In this document: positions 22,601-37,405 of the stretch, in pieces | Position numbering within the stretch: position 1 is the first letter of the stretch | How the letters are laid out: every line of letters starts with the position of its first letter | Source: Girardia tigrina | Taxonomy: Eukaryota | Assembly (NCBI GenBank): GCA_001938485.1 | Contig: MQRK01236397.1 | Location: 1 to 50,416, forward strand | Length of the DNA: 50,416 nt | Direction of reading: 5' to 3' | The notes under the pieces: generated by a model | Database searches by the model: none | Told to the model about the DNA's origin: nothing | What the model saw: the letters and a program-made list of their open reading frames with translations, nothing else | Translations under genes and position numbers: made by a program

Positions 22601-25600
22601 ATAAAGAATTTATTACACAATACTAAATAAGGTTAGTACCTGATATTGCTATTATCGAACCGGATTGCAGTTTATAGTAGTGAAGTCAAATATAATATAT
22701 TTATCACCTGTCTGACGACGAGAAAATATAAAGTGAGTCATATTTGACCTCTTTAAACTTCCGTAACAAGAACAAACGAGTTGAATAAGTTAAATAATAT
22801 TTTCATGGAATTGTTATTTGGAGATAAAATTGCAACAAATCATTGCATATTTTTTACACGAAATAATAATTTCCAGTAAATGTAAAGAAAGTATTTTTGA
22901 CAATAATATAGATAAATAAAGAGTAAACAGTCGAAATTTTAAAAAAAGCTTTAAAACATTATTATTTCGACATTTGTTTATAATTTTATTTTTTGTCTGT
23001 CCACATTATAATGTAATCAAATGATGCATTTTTCACAATTCGTTAACCATCCTTTGGCCGTGGACTCATTAAATTACAATAACAGTTTACAATAATTCTT
23101 GAAACCTTTCATTTTTTTTAGTTTTAATTTAAATATAGCATAAATAAAATTTGGCACTAGAAAACCGGCAATGAAATAATTAATCAATTATTATTATCAA
23201 TGGATTATAACAATTGCATTTCTAATTAATGAGCCCTCTGAAAATTGTACAGGTATTTTTTATATATCTGATACATTTTTGAAACTTATTTCCTCACGAA
23301 ACATTTTTTTATAAATAAATAAAGTCCAATTTATAAAAGTTGGAAAACAATTTATACAATAAATGGTTTTCTTATAAAATGAAATTTAAAAAAAATCGAA
23401 ACAAATAGTTAATACCAATTGATGATTTGAAAGCCACAGCAGCAATTTTTTGATCTTGTGGACTGAAATTCAATTTCCAAATCTCATGAGCAACATAGCA
23501 ATCATGATCATTGCTCTCTTTCAGCGAACAATGTCCTAATTTATATCTTTTAACTTCATAACCCACTACATAACCGAACTCATCATCGATTCGATAAATG
23601 TAAATCGGATAGGTGTCCAAAGATAAACGATAATCAAATGGGAAAATGTGTACCTATAATGAATTATCATATTAAATGATAAATAGATACAAATTAAACG
23701 ATAAGTTTAATTAAACATAAATATAAGTAAATAAATAAAGAACAGATATTCTGTATCTTTTTATCCAGGGTAATCTATTCGACAAACATCAACAATAAAA
23801 CTAATTTTACTCAAAATGCGTATGTTTAAATAACATGCTACTATTTCTGCTTACTTTGAGGGCATCTCCGTACTAATTAGAAATGAAAAATGTTAAATTA
23901 TTATTAAATGCTTTGTAACAATTAAAATGTGTTGCTAATTGTTAATAAAAATAAAGACTCCTTACTTTGAGATCTCTGTCCAAAATGAGTACCGGTTTAC
24001 TGTAAACATTCTCTTCGCTGACTGGTAATGGCAACATCGTCGCTTGGTAGATTCTATAATTCAGCACCTGAAGACTTTGCAGACTACCGATGATGGGATT
24101 AAATGTAAACAATAATGGATATCCAGATTTCTAAAGAAACATAATATTATCACAAATGGTACAATTACTTAAATAAGATACATGTAATTTAAACATTAGT
24201 TTAACTTTTTCTCAGAACTCTTTCTTATGTAAATAGTCAAATAGATCAAAAAATGCGTACAGTAGTATATTTTACATATATTATCACTGTAATATATGTA
24301 AATAGAATGAATTTAATGTTTAAGAATAATACTAAAATGATAAAATAATAATACTAAAATACTAAAAACATTTTAATGTCGATTGGTTAAAATAAAATTA
24401 ACATAAAGTGAAATGCATAATATACTAATAGTATATTATACTATATTCCCACATTATGTTGAGTATTTTGTAATTAGTAAATGTAACAAGAAGACGACAT
24501 TCAAAACTTATTTGAACTACAACATGCAGAAAGCACTGGATAAATTTTAAAACTGAATTTCCATTTTATTTAGGAAATACAGAACTGGAGGATATGTCAA
24601 TTTTTGTGGTTCCATACTTCCAATTTTAAGAAAATAGGTGGTGAATGGTGATTATATTCATGATAGATAACTGATACTTGTAGCACAATAAAATGCCATT
24701 ATCGACTTATTTAAAGTAGCTTCATCATTATTCTACAAATGGGCAAACATGCAAAGTTTCAGCTTAATAGAGCATTGGGAAGTGGTTGAAAAATCAATTA
24801 CAAGATTTTTACCAGACAAACAGACAGGTGACGCTTTAAAAAATCAGTTTATGATAAAAAAGTGTGTAAAAATGGAACCTTTTTCTGACTTTTATAAATT
24901 AAAAGTATTCATATTTTTTATTATTATTTGATGTGACCATTACATAAAAAAGGTTTTGTTTTATTTATGTATGGGTGGTATATTCTCAGTGTTAATTATA
25001 ACATTGCAACATAAGTTGAAGATAAATTAGGATTTGCCTTGAGACTATATATGAATGATAATAATAATACAAGCAATTACAGCGCATCGCATCAAAAGAA
25101 CTGCTTGAGGAGGATGCGGAAAATGAGCAGTAGTACGGAGAATAAATAATTGAACCCGGTTTTTACTAAATGGTACTGCATTGTGAATCAAATACCGCCA
25201 TACAATATCACCAGATGACGATTCGAGTCCGAAAATCTATTTCAGAAATAATATTAAGTCACATTTATCGATTTACACAAGTACCTTTCCAGAAGCAGTT
25301 GTAAGAACGAGCATTTTATGTAGATTAAAACTGTCACGTCGGAGACTCATGGCAATATTTGGATGAATTTCTGATGAAGTGTTATTATCGTTATTTCCAA
25401 CGTCTATCTGATCGTTTGATTCCTCTTCAACTCTGACATTAAAGTTATTCTTGTTTATTTTCGATTTCTCTGTGGAATAATATCGACCATTTGGCATTTT
25501 AGATTGTTTCAATTGTTCTTGAATGAAATACTAATCGATATTTAATTACACACTATTAGTAGATTTAGAAGAAATAACTTTCAATTGAGATAATTGTGTG

Positions 25601-28600
25601 CTAATTCGTTTGATAAATTTCTGTATTACATTATCTTGATTATGACCGAATTCCTCATCCATTTTCGCTTCAGTATCGGACACTGGTAGATCAAGCATTT
25701 CTGCTGCCACAACATCAGCTAATGATTCTTCTCGCATCCAAATCGCATCTCCTAATTTTATCAAGTTTTTATAATATATTTTATTAATAATTTATAAAAA
25801 ATAATTACATAATACTTAATGTCGGATTAATCGGTTGTAAATAGTTACTTTCAATTTAACATAAAAGTTTAATAAAGTGAGTGTTTTAGCTTCAGTTTAT
25901 TGTTCATTTAAGATTATTGTTAAGAGAACTCACACATTTGTCAGAACATTTATTATATTCCCAATTTTTATCATCTTTATGATGATCAACAGTAAGGCTT
26001 TCACTAGATTCCATCAATCAATTTTTCAATATCTCTNNNNNNNNNNNNNNNNNNNNNNNNNNNNNNNNNNNNNNNNNNNNNNNNNNNNNNNNNNNNNNNN
26101 NNNNNNNNNNNNNNNNNNNNNNNNNNNNNNNNNNNNNNNNNNNNNNNNNNNNNNNNNNNNNNNNNNNNNNNNNNNNNNNNNNNNNNNNNNNNNNNNNNNN
26201 NNNNNNNNNNNNNNNNNNNNNNNNNNNNNNNNNNNNNNNNNNNNNNNNNNNNNNNNNNNNNNNNNNNNNNNNNNNNNNNNNNNNNNNNNNNNNNNNNNNN
26301 NNNNNNNNNNNNNNNNNNNNNNNNNNNNNNNNNNAACATACAAAAACTACACAAAAACATCCACACACCAAATATTCCTCACAATTATAAAGCCCTGAAT
26401 CTCATCAATAATTAATTAGTAAATCAAAAAATTAATTTTTTATATATCCATTCTTTATGGAGACAGAACTCTACTTTGCCAACAAAGTTTTAATTAAAAA
26501 AATACTATAAACAGTTATTATAAACTACTTATAATTTATAAGTAGATATTTTTCAATTAATATTTTTTCCCATTTTGGGACCTTAAAAAGTTTTTTTCGA
26601 TCAAATTTTTACATAATCATTTGTAGTCATTATTAGTGGTTCTTGGGACATCGTCAGAATTATTAGTAGCAGACATTAAAACATATATTATACTACAAAA
26701 AATGTTTAAATCTAATATTTAAACAAATTTATTTTTTTTGAGAAACTATTTGTTTTATAAATCTTAAACCGATATAGATAAAAAATACTTATAAATATTC
26801 ATATTTGATTTTTTTAATTACTTATATAAATCAATTTTATATTACGATAACACTTTAAAATATTTAGTCGTTTCATTTAATTTTATTACTTTTTTAAAAA
26901 TCGTTTCACATAAAAAATATACACTTTTTTTACTTTTTATATTATATTAAAACTCTCAAAAAATTTTATTAGCAATTTAATTGATCTTCTTAATTTTAGT
27001 AATTTTATTTTTTTCAAACGTTACATTTAATTATATAAAAATTTTAATTTGTACATATTTAATATAACCTTCTTTCAAAAATTTTACTAACATTTTTAAT
27101 TCCTAACAGTCATCGAGAATGAGTAAGTGTGAAAAGTTTGAAGAAAATCGTGACACAATTTCAAGTTGAAATATGTAAAGATATCCTGGGATATACATTG
27201 AATGCTCAAAGCTATGGTCGTGTATAGATCTTTGACTTGTGTTGGAGATTATTGTTATCTACTGGTGCATCTGCCGTGACTGTGTCGGTAAGATTTGTCG
27301 TCACCGCATTTGATATCAGTGGGTTATATTGACCGGTATTGTGTTTATACCATGTCGAGTTGGAATATTTGATATTCAACACTATGCACATTTTGGTTAA
27401 ATTCTTTATAGTTGTACCTGAAAGATGTAATTTGTTTTTAAGCAGGTTATCATTATCGGCGGGCCAAGATCCTAAACAGCCGACAACAATTGCTCCTAAT
27501 ATTACAGTCCATCCTTTATGAGCCGCTTTTGCTTCAGTTAGCAGACTTTTATATTTCTTTTTGTTGTTATCTCTGGCATCTTTAAGTGCTTTGATTGTGT
27601 CAAAAGGGGTTTTTATATTTATAAGCCAGAGTTCTTTGGTTATAAATTTGTAAATCAACCCGGCTTCCCGACACAGACCAATCACATTCTCGATTCATGA
27701 TGATTTTTAAAATTGGTTTCTCTGAAAGTAAAGCATCTGTGACGATTTATGCGATTGCATTATGTCTCGCCTGTATCAGAATGCTGTTGGGTTTACACCA
27801 ACGTAGAATATGGATCTGTGTTTCTATATCTTGACCACATGCCCTGCACATCGATTGTTGCATTGGTTTTCTCGGCTTATAATTGGTTGGTAAATTATTA
27901 GTCCTTATGCTGTGGTAAAAGCGCCATTCCTCGATGGATAGTGACTCATTGTATAGTACTTTGGAGCTGAAGTTTTGTTCTGCCAATGAGATGGCTGACA
28001 TTCCAGCCATCCTTTGTTTGCTCCATTTGTCAAATTTCATTTTGTTATAGATTCTGTGCAAGTGGAAAGTTATATTGTCAATTGAATGTTCATTTAGTAT
28101 CATGGAATCATTGGATATGTGAACTTTTAAACAAATACCTAGCTCGTTGGTGACAAACTGAATTTGTAGCCCAATGCCTTTCAAGTATTTGATTGAATTC
28201 CGAATCTTGGTCCACCAAGATTTAAATCCATTCTCTTTGTCACCTGTGTTGATCCAGTTTAGGCAATCAGAGAGTGTCCATTCTTTTTTAGTACCGTGAT
28301 ATCTGTCTAGGGTGTTGAATAAATTGATAAATGTGACATGACGCGATGTTTCGCCAGAGCACACCATGTTCCTGTACGTTTGAATTAAAGATTGTATTGC
28401 TTATTCATCTCGGACAGAGACTAAGCCTAAACCACCTTTTTTCTTGTCAGTTTAAATGTAATCATTGGATGAATTTGGGAACGTTCCACAAATCTTCTTC
28501 AAGTAACGACGAATTTCCACATTAAGGCCGCTTTTAAAGATAGATTTCGTGGTGGCCATAATCTGTAAGTTCCCTGTTTGGTATATTATAGTTTCGAAAA

Positions 28601-29457
28601 TAGAAGGTGAATCGTGAGTGTATGAAGATTCTATACGCTTCAATTTTCTGCCAGGGAAATAATATTGATTTGGTTATTTTTTTCAAGTCCTTAATAGCTG
28701 ATAGAAATAGACGTTCAGGAGTGAATTTTGTCTTTCTGGTAAAATATACTCCGAGATAACGGTAACCTCCTTCATCTGTGACTATAGGTATTTGTATGTT
28801 ATTAATATGGATTGATTCATTCATAAGAGGAGTTGATAAATATCCACACTTGGCTGGGTTGAACTTCATAGAAGTCCATTCAACCATGTCACATGCAGAT
28901 GAAACCATGGCTTGTAAACAAGAGTTGCTGGTTGAAACTAGTGCAATATCATCTGCATATGCCAGACAAGTAATCTTAACAGCCTCGCTGTCAATACCAA
29001 AGGCATCATTATCTTGTAGTGCAGTCAAAATTGGATCAATGCCAACGCTGAACAGCAGCATGTAAAGCGGACATCCTTGTCTAACCCCATCCTGATTGAT
29101 ATGTCTTCAGTCGTACAATCATTGCAGGTATATGTTGATGAACAATCTGAGTACAGATTTGCAATGAGAGAGTAGGATAATGAGTCTAGACCTTTTCTTC
29201 TGAGAACTTCTAATATATGTTACATTAATATATATTACATTAATTGGTTCATTCCGGTTCGTTCTCCGTTCTTTGATTTGTCAAATTTTAGGGATTTTAT
29301 AGTTGTATCCAGAAACTCTTCGGCCACCACATTTAATAATTCGATATTTTTATTATTAAAGTGGTTAACCGGCATTTTACTATTTAATTCGACAATTTCT
29401 TTAGTTAAATGCGATAAGGCCTTGAGTAAAAAACCTTTAAAAATAGGTTTCTAAATT

Positions 29458-29493
<36 letters not shown>

Positions 29494-32400
29494 AATAAGC
29501 TAATAAAAAGAATAGAAAAAGAAAATAAGCTGCTTATTGTATAAATTATGCATCGAAATATTTAAAGATATATCGTTTGTACCACAAAATATAAGACAAC
29601 TTTTTGAAAATGATAAATTTCATTAAATCTAAGCTATTTTTCAAAATTTAAAATTGCAATGCCTTAACAATGTCCAATAGAAAAATTATAGAAATTACTT
29701 TGAGCAGTTAATTTCCATTTTCGCTAAATTAAGATTTAAATAATTTCAAAATTATAATATTTTGTGGAATATTTTACAAAGATTAAATTTTATTAAATTA
29801 AGATAAAATATTTTATATTTAGAGTTTATGTTAAATAAATGTTATAAAAATATCAAGAGTTTAAAATCAATATAGAATAAAAATAGGATTTTTACAATAA
29901 AGCTTGAAATTTTAAAATATTGAAGAACCATGTCGTTGTTTATTAAGGTGTTACGTTATTCATTTGGTAGTATTGGGTAAGACTGAAACTATGAGAACAT
30001 TTCAGAAACATTAATATAATTTATACATTGTTCTGTATTGTACAGTGAGAAATTTGTCAATGCTCGATGTAAAAAACATTTTACTTTCGAATCAAGTACT
30101 TAGATCTTGAAATATTAACGTCCTTTTGATTTCAATGCCTTTCTATTTGAAAAATTTAGAGAAATAAATTCAGACGATAGTTTTGTGTCATATCAAGAGA
30201 AGGAATGATCATTCACGACAAACATCACAGCATTCGTGTTTGTAGATACACAATTTGCTTAGGAACAACTAGAGCATTTTCGAACGGTTTGACATATGAT
30301 ATCAATTTTTTCCTTTACTGACAGAGAACGGTCTAAAAGGCTTCAAAAAGCAGATAAGTTGAAATTAGGTGTCGGTGAATCTTTGTGGCACCAATCTAAC
30401 TTTTTAACATCGTTATGACTGAAACAGCACCCTTGAAATCAGATTATCGTCATGTATAGGATTCAAATTGAATTTTCCAGGTATCATGTGAACCGACTCT
30501 AAATCGGTCCTAATTTTCAATTTTTTTTATCATTTTCCCATCCAGTTTATTGATTTTCATTATCTTGAACTTATGGCTGTAAAACAATTAAATAATATTA
30601 AAAAAATAATTATCAATGAATCAATAGTCATCTTTTTGGCTTGAAACAATTTAATATCTTGAACTTGTTGGATGTTTATTATAACCCGCAAAAATACGAC
30701 AAAGGTTGAGCAATAAGCAATCGAATATTTTAAATTTATTTTTGGTTTGGCCAATAATAAATTTACCACGTTGAAAATTAATGAAGAAATAATACCTTTT
30801 TGATTCCAGAAATGAAGGCCATTATCTGCAGTAACAAGAAATATTCGATAAGCTAAAGCACTATCTTTTTTTCTGAACAGAACCGGCTCCATCTATAAAT
30901 CTTCAATAATTTTTTCTATAAAAAATAATCATGATACTTTAATTGGACTTCCATGATGTTTCTGGAGTGTATATTGGTTCGTCAACTGTTTTATTTCCAA
31001 ACCGTCATTGATATCAATGAAATTGATTTCAACATTTTTTGTTTTCTTCAAAAATTAAAAATAGATTTTGTCAGAAAAGCACGAAAATTTTTTTACTTTT
31101 GTATCGTAATATGTTAGAGTCACTAAATTCCGTTTGTCATCCTGTTCCACAAATGAATTGATTTTGACCTATAGCAACACAATTGATGAATAATAAATAC
31201 TTCAAAATATTCTCATTTATTTTACATTTTCAATAGTGCGGACTAATTTACACTGTAAATTTGTGTCTTTGTCATTAATAATATGATAGAGATAAATAGA
31301 TTGATTGTTTTCGATTTGGCTCTGATCAGTACAAACAATCATAAATTTATCGGCGGAAAGAATCCTTAATGACTTAAACTCTTTCAATTTTCCAGGTTCG
31401 ATAAACGGTAATTTTATCTAGTAAACAAATAAAAATTAATTTAAGCTGTTGTGATGTCACAATTACTGGAATAGAGAGCCATTTCAAAGATGGTTGATTA
31501 AAATGTAATAAACTGATTTGAGAGAGTGAAAGATCGACACAGAAGAGAAGGCTATTGGTAGAGTAAACGTCGCACCTAAATGAATAAATTTATTAACTTT
31601 TAGTTTTAAAAATTAATAGAATATTGTTTTTTTAATTTAATATTTGAAAAAGTTTCTGACCCAATTAACTAACGGATATTTCCAAATAATATCCATATTC
31701 CAAATAGTATCCTTATTCTTAAAATACTCATATGGATACTATATAATACTATCCATATACATGTATTAACCAAAAAAATCCATATTAAATAAATTATATT
31801 AATTTAAATGCTTCTTTGAAACATTTGTTAATTAATACCAGCGGATTTAGATCATATAATTGTTTATCTGTTATCTTAACATAAATATTTAAAGAATACT
31901 GTTTACAATAAATATATAATACTAACAATAAATAAAATTTTTATTTTAAATTTACCCTGTTATGAAGAAGAATGCTATCACTATCGAATTTAAAAAAGAA
32001 ATCATTGCTTACATTGAAAATTAAAATAGTATTTACAAAACTGCAAAACATTTTGGCGAAAGAGATGGTTGTGTGTATTGTCCATCAATGTTTAGGTAAT
32101 GGTATAAAAGCAAGAATGCTATTAAAATCCGGTCAAATGCGATGAAACGAATTAAAGGCGGTGAAGAGAAAAGGTCACTGGGTGAATTATAAAATATATT
32201 GTTATCGGAAATTCTGGAATTGCGAACAATGAAAATAAAGTTTACCAGGACATTTATTGCTAATAGAGCAATTTCTTTGGGAAATGAAAATAATATTTGT
32301 ATAAATGGAAGCTGTCGATGGGTAGATGGATTTATGATGATATGTTGGTTGTCTTTAAGAAGGACAACCAACTTTACAACACTTTCAGATGATGTTTTGG

Positions 32401-35400
32401 TTGAAATGGTCTCCTCATTTATGATTTATCTTCAACAATTAAAGCCTAACATTAATCTAGCAAAAACCTTGCTGATGGATGAAACCTCTGTCTATTTTGA
32501 AGACAATAGAACACAAAATGTTGATCTTCAAGGAAGACATCATGTTGTTATGCGACCGACAGGATTTTCCACGATGAGAGTGACTGCTACTATTTCTGTT
32601 TTGGCCGATTGGAGAAAGGCCACGCCTTTAATTATTCACAAAGGAAAAGATTTAAAACCCATTGACAATCAAAATGGAGTTTTATCAACATTCCAAAATA
32701 AAACTTGGATCACACAAGAAATTATAATTAATTGACTTGATTTAATGTTTCCAGGATTTGATAAAAGCCCTGGCCGATGCATCATTTAGGATTCCTGCAG
32801 AATACATCTCTCTAAAGCAGTCAAAGAGCATTGTCGAAAACGGGGGATTTTAATGGTGGTTATCTCGGGGGTTTAACTCCCTATCTCAAGACAGGAGATA
32901 TTGGAATATTTAAGGAATTGAAAAACTTTGGGGCTTGTTCGCATATTACGTAACGCAAAAGGGGGGAAGGGTCAAAGATTTTGTTACGTTTTGTTACAGG
33001 GAGGGGTGGAGGGGGGCGAGAATTTGTTGCATAACTTTTAATTCATTTTCATGTCACTTGGAAGATTTTAGATAAGTGTCATATTTAGGATGGCTACACT
33101 TCAAAATTTTCTGTCACTACAATACCAAATTAAAAAGTTATTTGAAAATCTTTTGAAATCTCCTACTATGTATAAAATATTTATTTCTTTAATATTGTTT
33201 CGTTTACACCTTTGTATCATTCGCCAAATTATCTGTTTTAAATGAAACCAACGGCCTGATATATAACATTGTAAAATGGCACGTATTGCATTTTAGGGGC
33301 TTTTTCGAAATCTATAATAAAATTAGTCTTCTTCCTCGAATAATTTTATCAATGTAATCAATTGTGATATGCATTTTGCCTCTTGGATATTTTGTCTTTA
33401 GGATGTTTTACCTTTTGGATTTGTTGTTGCCTTTGGATATTTTGATATTAACCGAGTACAAGAAAAAAAACAGGAAGAGCGAGAGAGAAAGAATATGGGT
33501 ACTGCATGACCTTACCGAAGATAACAAAAGCGTTCGGACATTCTTAAAAAAAAATTATAGCCGACCCATTTTGAAACGAATTGTACATGACAACAGAAAA
33601 AGAAAAAAACAATGGTTATTGAAAAACCAAGTCTTCAGCTACCCTTCAAAAAGTATTGTTATGTGTTTGGTGGGATTAGAAGGGAATAATTTAGGGAATA
33701 AGCAAAAACTAGGAAAAACTGATAATCCAGGTCTATACTGTGACCAGTTTGGCCGTTAGAATGAAAACATCAAGAAAAAACGACCTAATCTTGCAAACAG
33801 GAGTAGTCTCACAACACGACAACGCCCAACCCCGTTCGGCAACAAAGTTCCGAAAAAAAATTCGGAGCTCATAACTTACCTTATCTGCTTATTCCCTAGA
33901 TCTGGCTCCGTCGGAGTATCATTTATTTCGATGGAACACTATTTAAAAGAAAAATATTTTCTGATGGAAATGAAGTAAAAGCTTCACTCGATTTGTTTTT
34001 CAAATCTAACGAGCAGAGATTTTATAAAAAAGGAATTTTTTGCTGTTGGACAAGTGACAAAAGATTATAGTAAAGGAATCAAATTTGGAAAATATTGTAT
34101 AATTTGTTTTTTTAGTAAAAAAAAAGGCTGAAACGTTCCGGTCCACCTAATATTTACAGGCGAATCAAATTTTGTCAGTGAGCTCACGATGACAATTAAT
34201 ACTAAAAATATTTAAAAAATAATATTTTTTAAAAGTATTATGGAATATTTGTTTTATTTCTATTTTTATAATTATTTTAATTTTTTCAAAATATTTCAGC
34301 TTACTTTTTTCGTGAAGGTAAAATATAATAAATAGTAAAGGAACGGATTAATCGTTCTTTTCAATTTCTCAAGTTTCGACAATTTTTAAAAATGCCTTTG
34401 AAACAGTTGACTTAAATCTCGAGAATCATAAAAACGTCGAGACTGAGCAACATTAAACACCTTTATGTGTTATTGAAGTTTAAATTAATTACTACTTAAT
34501 AATGCATATGAATATTCAAAGAACGTTTAGTTTAATATCAAAGAAAAATAGTGAAAAAATTATATTTTTTTATCATTTTAATAATTATTTAGACTCACTT
34601 TACTTTTAATGTTACATCAGACCGTGATAATTGCGGTGTTGGTATTATTTCACCAGATATATTGAAAAGATTTAGATGGAGTCGATTATCCCGTTTATCC
34701 AAAACCAATACTGCGTCAATTGACTTCATCAAAAATAGATCAATTTCCGAATGATCTTGAATTTCAGTGTTTCTTAAAGGAACATTACATTTTTATTTAT
34801 TTTGAAAATGAAAAAAAAATTCTACTCTATTTCTTTCATCCAATTGATATTCCCATTTTTCAATTTTATCGAATACAATTTGTTATTGATTAATGTGAAT
34901 ATATTATCTTAAAACAATTAGTTTGGAAACTAGTATAAAAATATTCAACGAACCCGAATCGATATGGCATTTGAGAAGAGCACTGAAATGAATTAATTAT
35001 TAAATACTAATTCAATAATACAAGAAAATCCTATAAATTAAAACTTTATATTAAATAGCTTTATTACATTATTTTCATAAAATTGAAAACTAATTTTTAA
35101 ACCTTATCCAAAACGAGGTAACTATTTATAGAAAATACAATTATTAACCCCAGATTTTTATAATATTTATACCATTTTTCATTATTTTTTATTAAGTCAC
35201 AAAATAATCTATTATAATTATCACTCCACTTATGTGCGCTTTCTTTCAAATAACATTTATTATTTATTATATTTTAATATTAAAATTATCAAAAAAGTAA
35301 TGAAAAGTATTATAAAGTCGCTGGGAAGGATATTTTCTCCTATATCAATCAAAATGGACAAATTAATCTCCTATTTAATACGGTTAACCATTTCATGAGA

Positions 35401-37354
35401 ATATTTCCAGTATTTAATCTTAACACATAAGCATAATACTAATCAATAAATTTTATACTAAAAAATCTACAAAAATAAAACGCTATTCTTATTGTATATG
35501 TAAATAGATGGAACGTAGACCGAAATAGCTACAAAAAAACGCTGTAGTTACACAACTCTGTTTAACTCCACTATTATACCTTCACAATCCAAACTATGTA
35601 GAAGTCTGCAGTAATTAAGCAAGTTAGTGTTTAAAGGATAATGCCCTCGTATTGGATATTATTCACAGTGAACATATACGTTGCAACCATGATTTTTTGG
35701 AGTTGCCGAAGGTGATCACTAAAACAAGTGTTATCGAAGTACAACTTTTGATAATAGTGCAGGTTCTGGTGTCACTTTCTGCAATAAAATATGGATGATG
35801 ATCATGCCATAAATCAAGACTCATCTTAAATCTCCAGTATATAATTTAAATAAACGAAATTTTTGATTTAATTATGAAATTTTGTATTAAATTAACATTT
35901 CGAACTTTTTTCAATAATTAAAATTAATCGATAACATACTATATAAAACTGTTGGGGATGTATTAAAGAACATATCAAATAAATAATTGATTGGTGAAAT
36001 GATATTATTTTTAAATATTATTTTAAACTAATATTATTTTACATCATCCAAGTTTTTGTAAATTTAGATGACAATTTTAAGATGCTCCATCTTGTTGAAA
36101 AATTAAATCTTCATTGACATAATACTTTGGATGAAACATTCCGTTAATATCTCGGTATGTTCTGTATAGTTCATTGTTTCCTCTATAAAGTGAAGTCCTT
36201 TGTTTGTCATACACCCCAAATCATTACACTCTGGTAATTTCATATAGGCTTGCCTCATAAGTTTTGCCTCAAAAAAACACCAAAATACAATAAAATATAA
36301 AATATTTTATCAATCATCCACGTCATGCAAATGCGAAAAGTAGTCGCCATTGTGCTCAATACATCTCAGCCAACGTCCAGGGAGGCTACGTATCCCATTT
36401 TGGAAAAAAAATCACGCGGTTTCTTGTCAACCAATGTAGAAGATCTTCGTTGATATCGACATAATTCTTTCCTCTTTGGAGAGAATAGAAAGTAGTCAGA
36501 AGGTGAGAGATCGGGGGAGTATGGTGGATGTGGTAGTACGGTGAATCCAAGCGCATTCAGCTTGTCCTTGGTCTTAGCAGCCGTATGCGGTCGAGCATTA
36601 TCGTGGAGATAATGAACAATGTGGTTCCTTAGTAACCGTCTGCGCCTCTGCTGAACGGCGATAATGAGACGATCCAGTTGAGTACAGTAGACATTGATTG
36701 TAGCATTTGAGGTAAGATATCTAACAAGAGCAGTCCTTTACTGTTCCAAAAGACGGAGGCCTGATGCTTTCGGTTTGTCAGTCTTCATGCCGGTGTTGCA
36801 AGTGGGTTTTCATCCGATTTTCTCTATGATCGCCTTCCTTGTCCCAGTAAACCCATATCTCATCGCAGGTGATGATTTGGGACAGGAAATCATTCAGGTG
36901 ATAACTATCCAATAGCTGTTGACAAATTCTTTTGCGATTATCATTGTTCTGTTGCATCAGAGCGTGTGGCACCCAGCAATTTTCCCAAAGTATCGGTATC
37001 CCATTGCATTCAAAAACCTTGGTTTTATCCTGATCAATTCCCTCTACAATGTTCCTCGTTGTTACACGCTTGTATTCAGTCAGAAACTCCATTATCTTCT
37101 CGTCTATGTCAAGAGACTCCTTTCGCGGACGAAAATTGGTAATCCACCTTTCACATGTTCTCTTTGAGACTGTTCCAACTCCAAGGGCCGTGTTAATTTC
37201 GTCAGTCATCTGTGAGGGTGTTAAATCCATTTTCAACAATAGTAAATTAATTTATGAATATCAGAGCGATTAAAATACATTAGGATGATGAAAATGTGCG
37301 AAATTTTCGAATGCTATTGTAGTGACACAAAATTATAATCGGTATTTATAAATA

Positions 37355-37405
<51 letters not shown>

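Noticed and set aside
24490-24931. Coding-like plus-strand patch in an EMC1 intron
   Set aside because: Multiple stops and no motif I can recognise; probably decayed TE sequence that cannot be assigned.
25877-26398. ORFs spanning the N-run (also 77-481)
   Set aside because: Artifacts of translating through assembly gaps.
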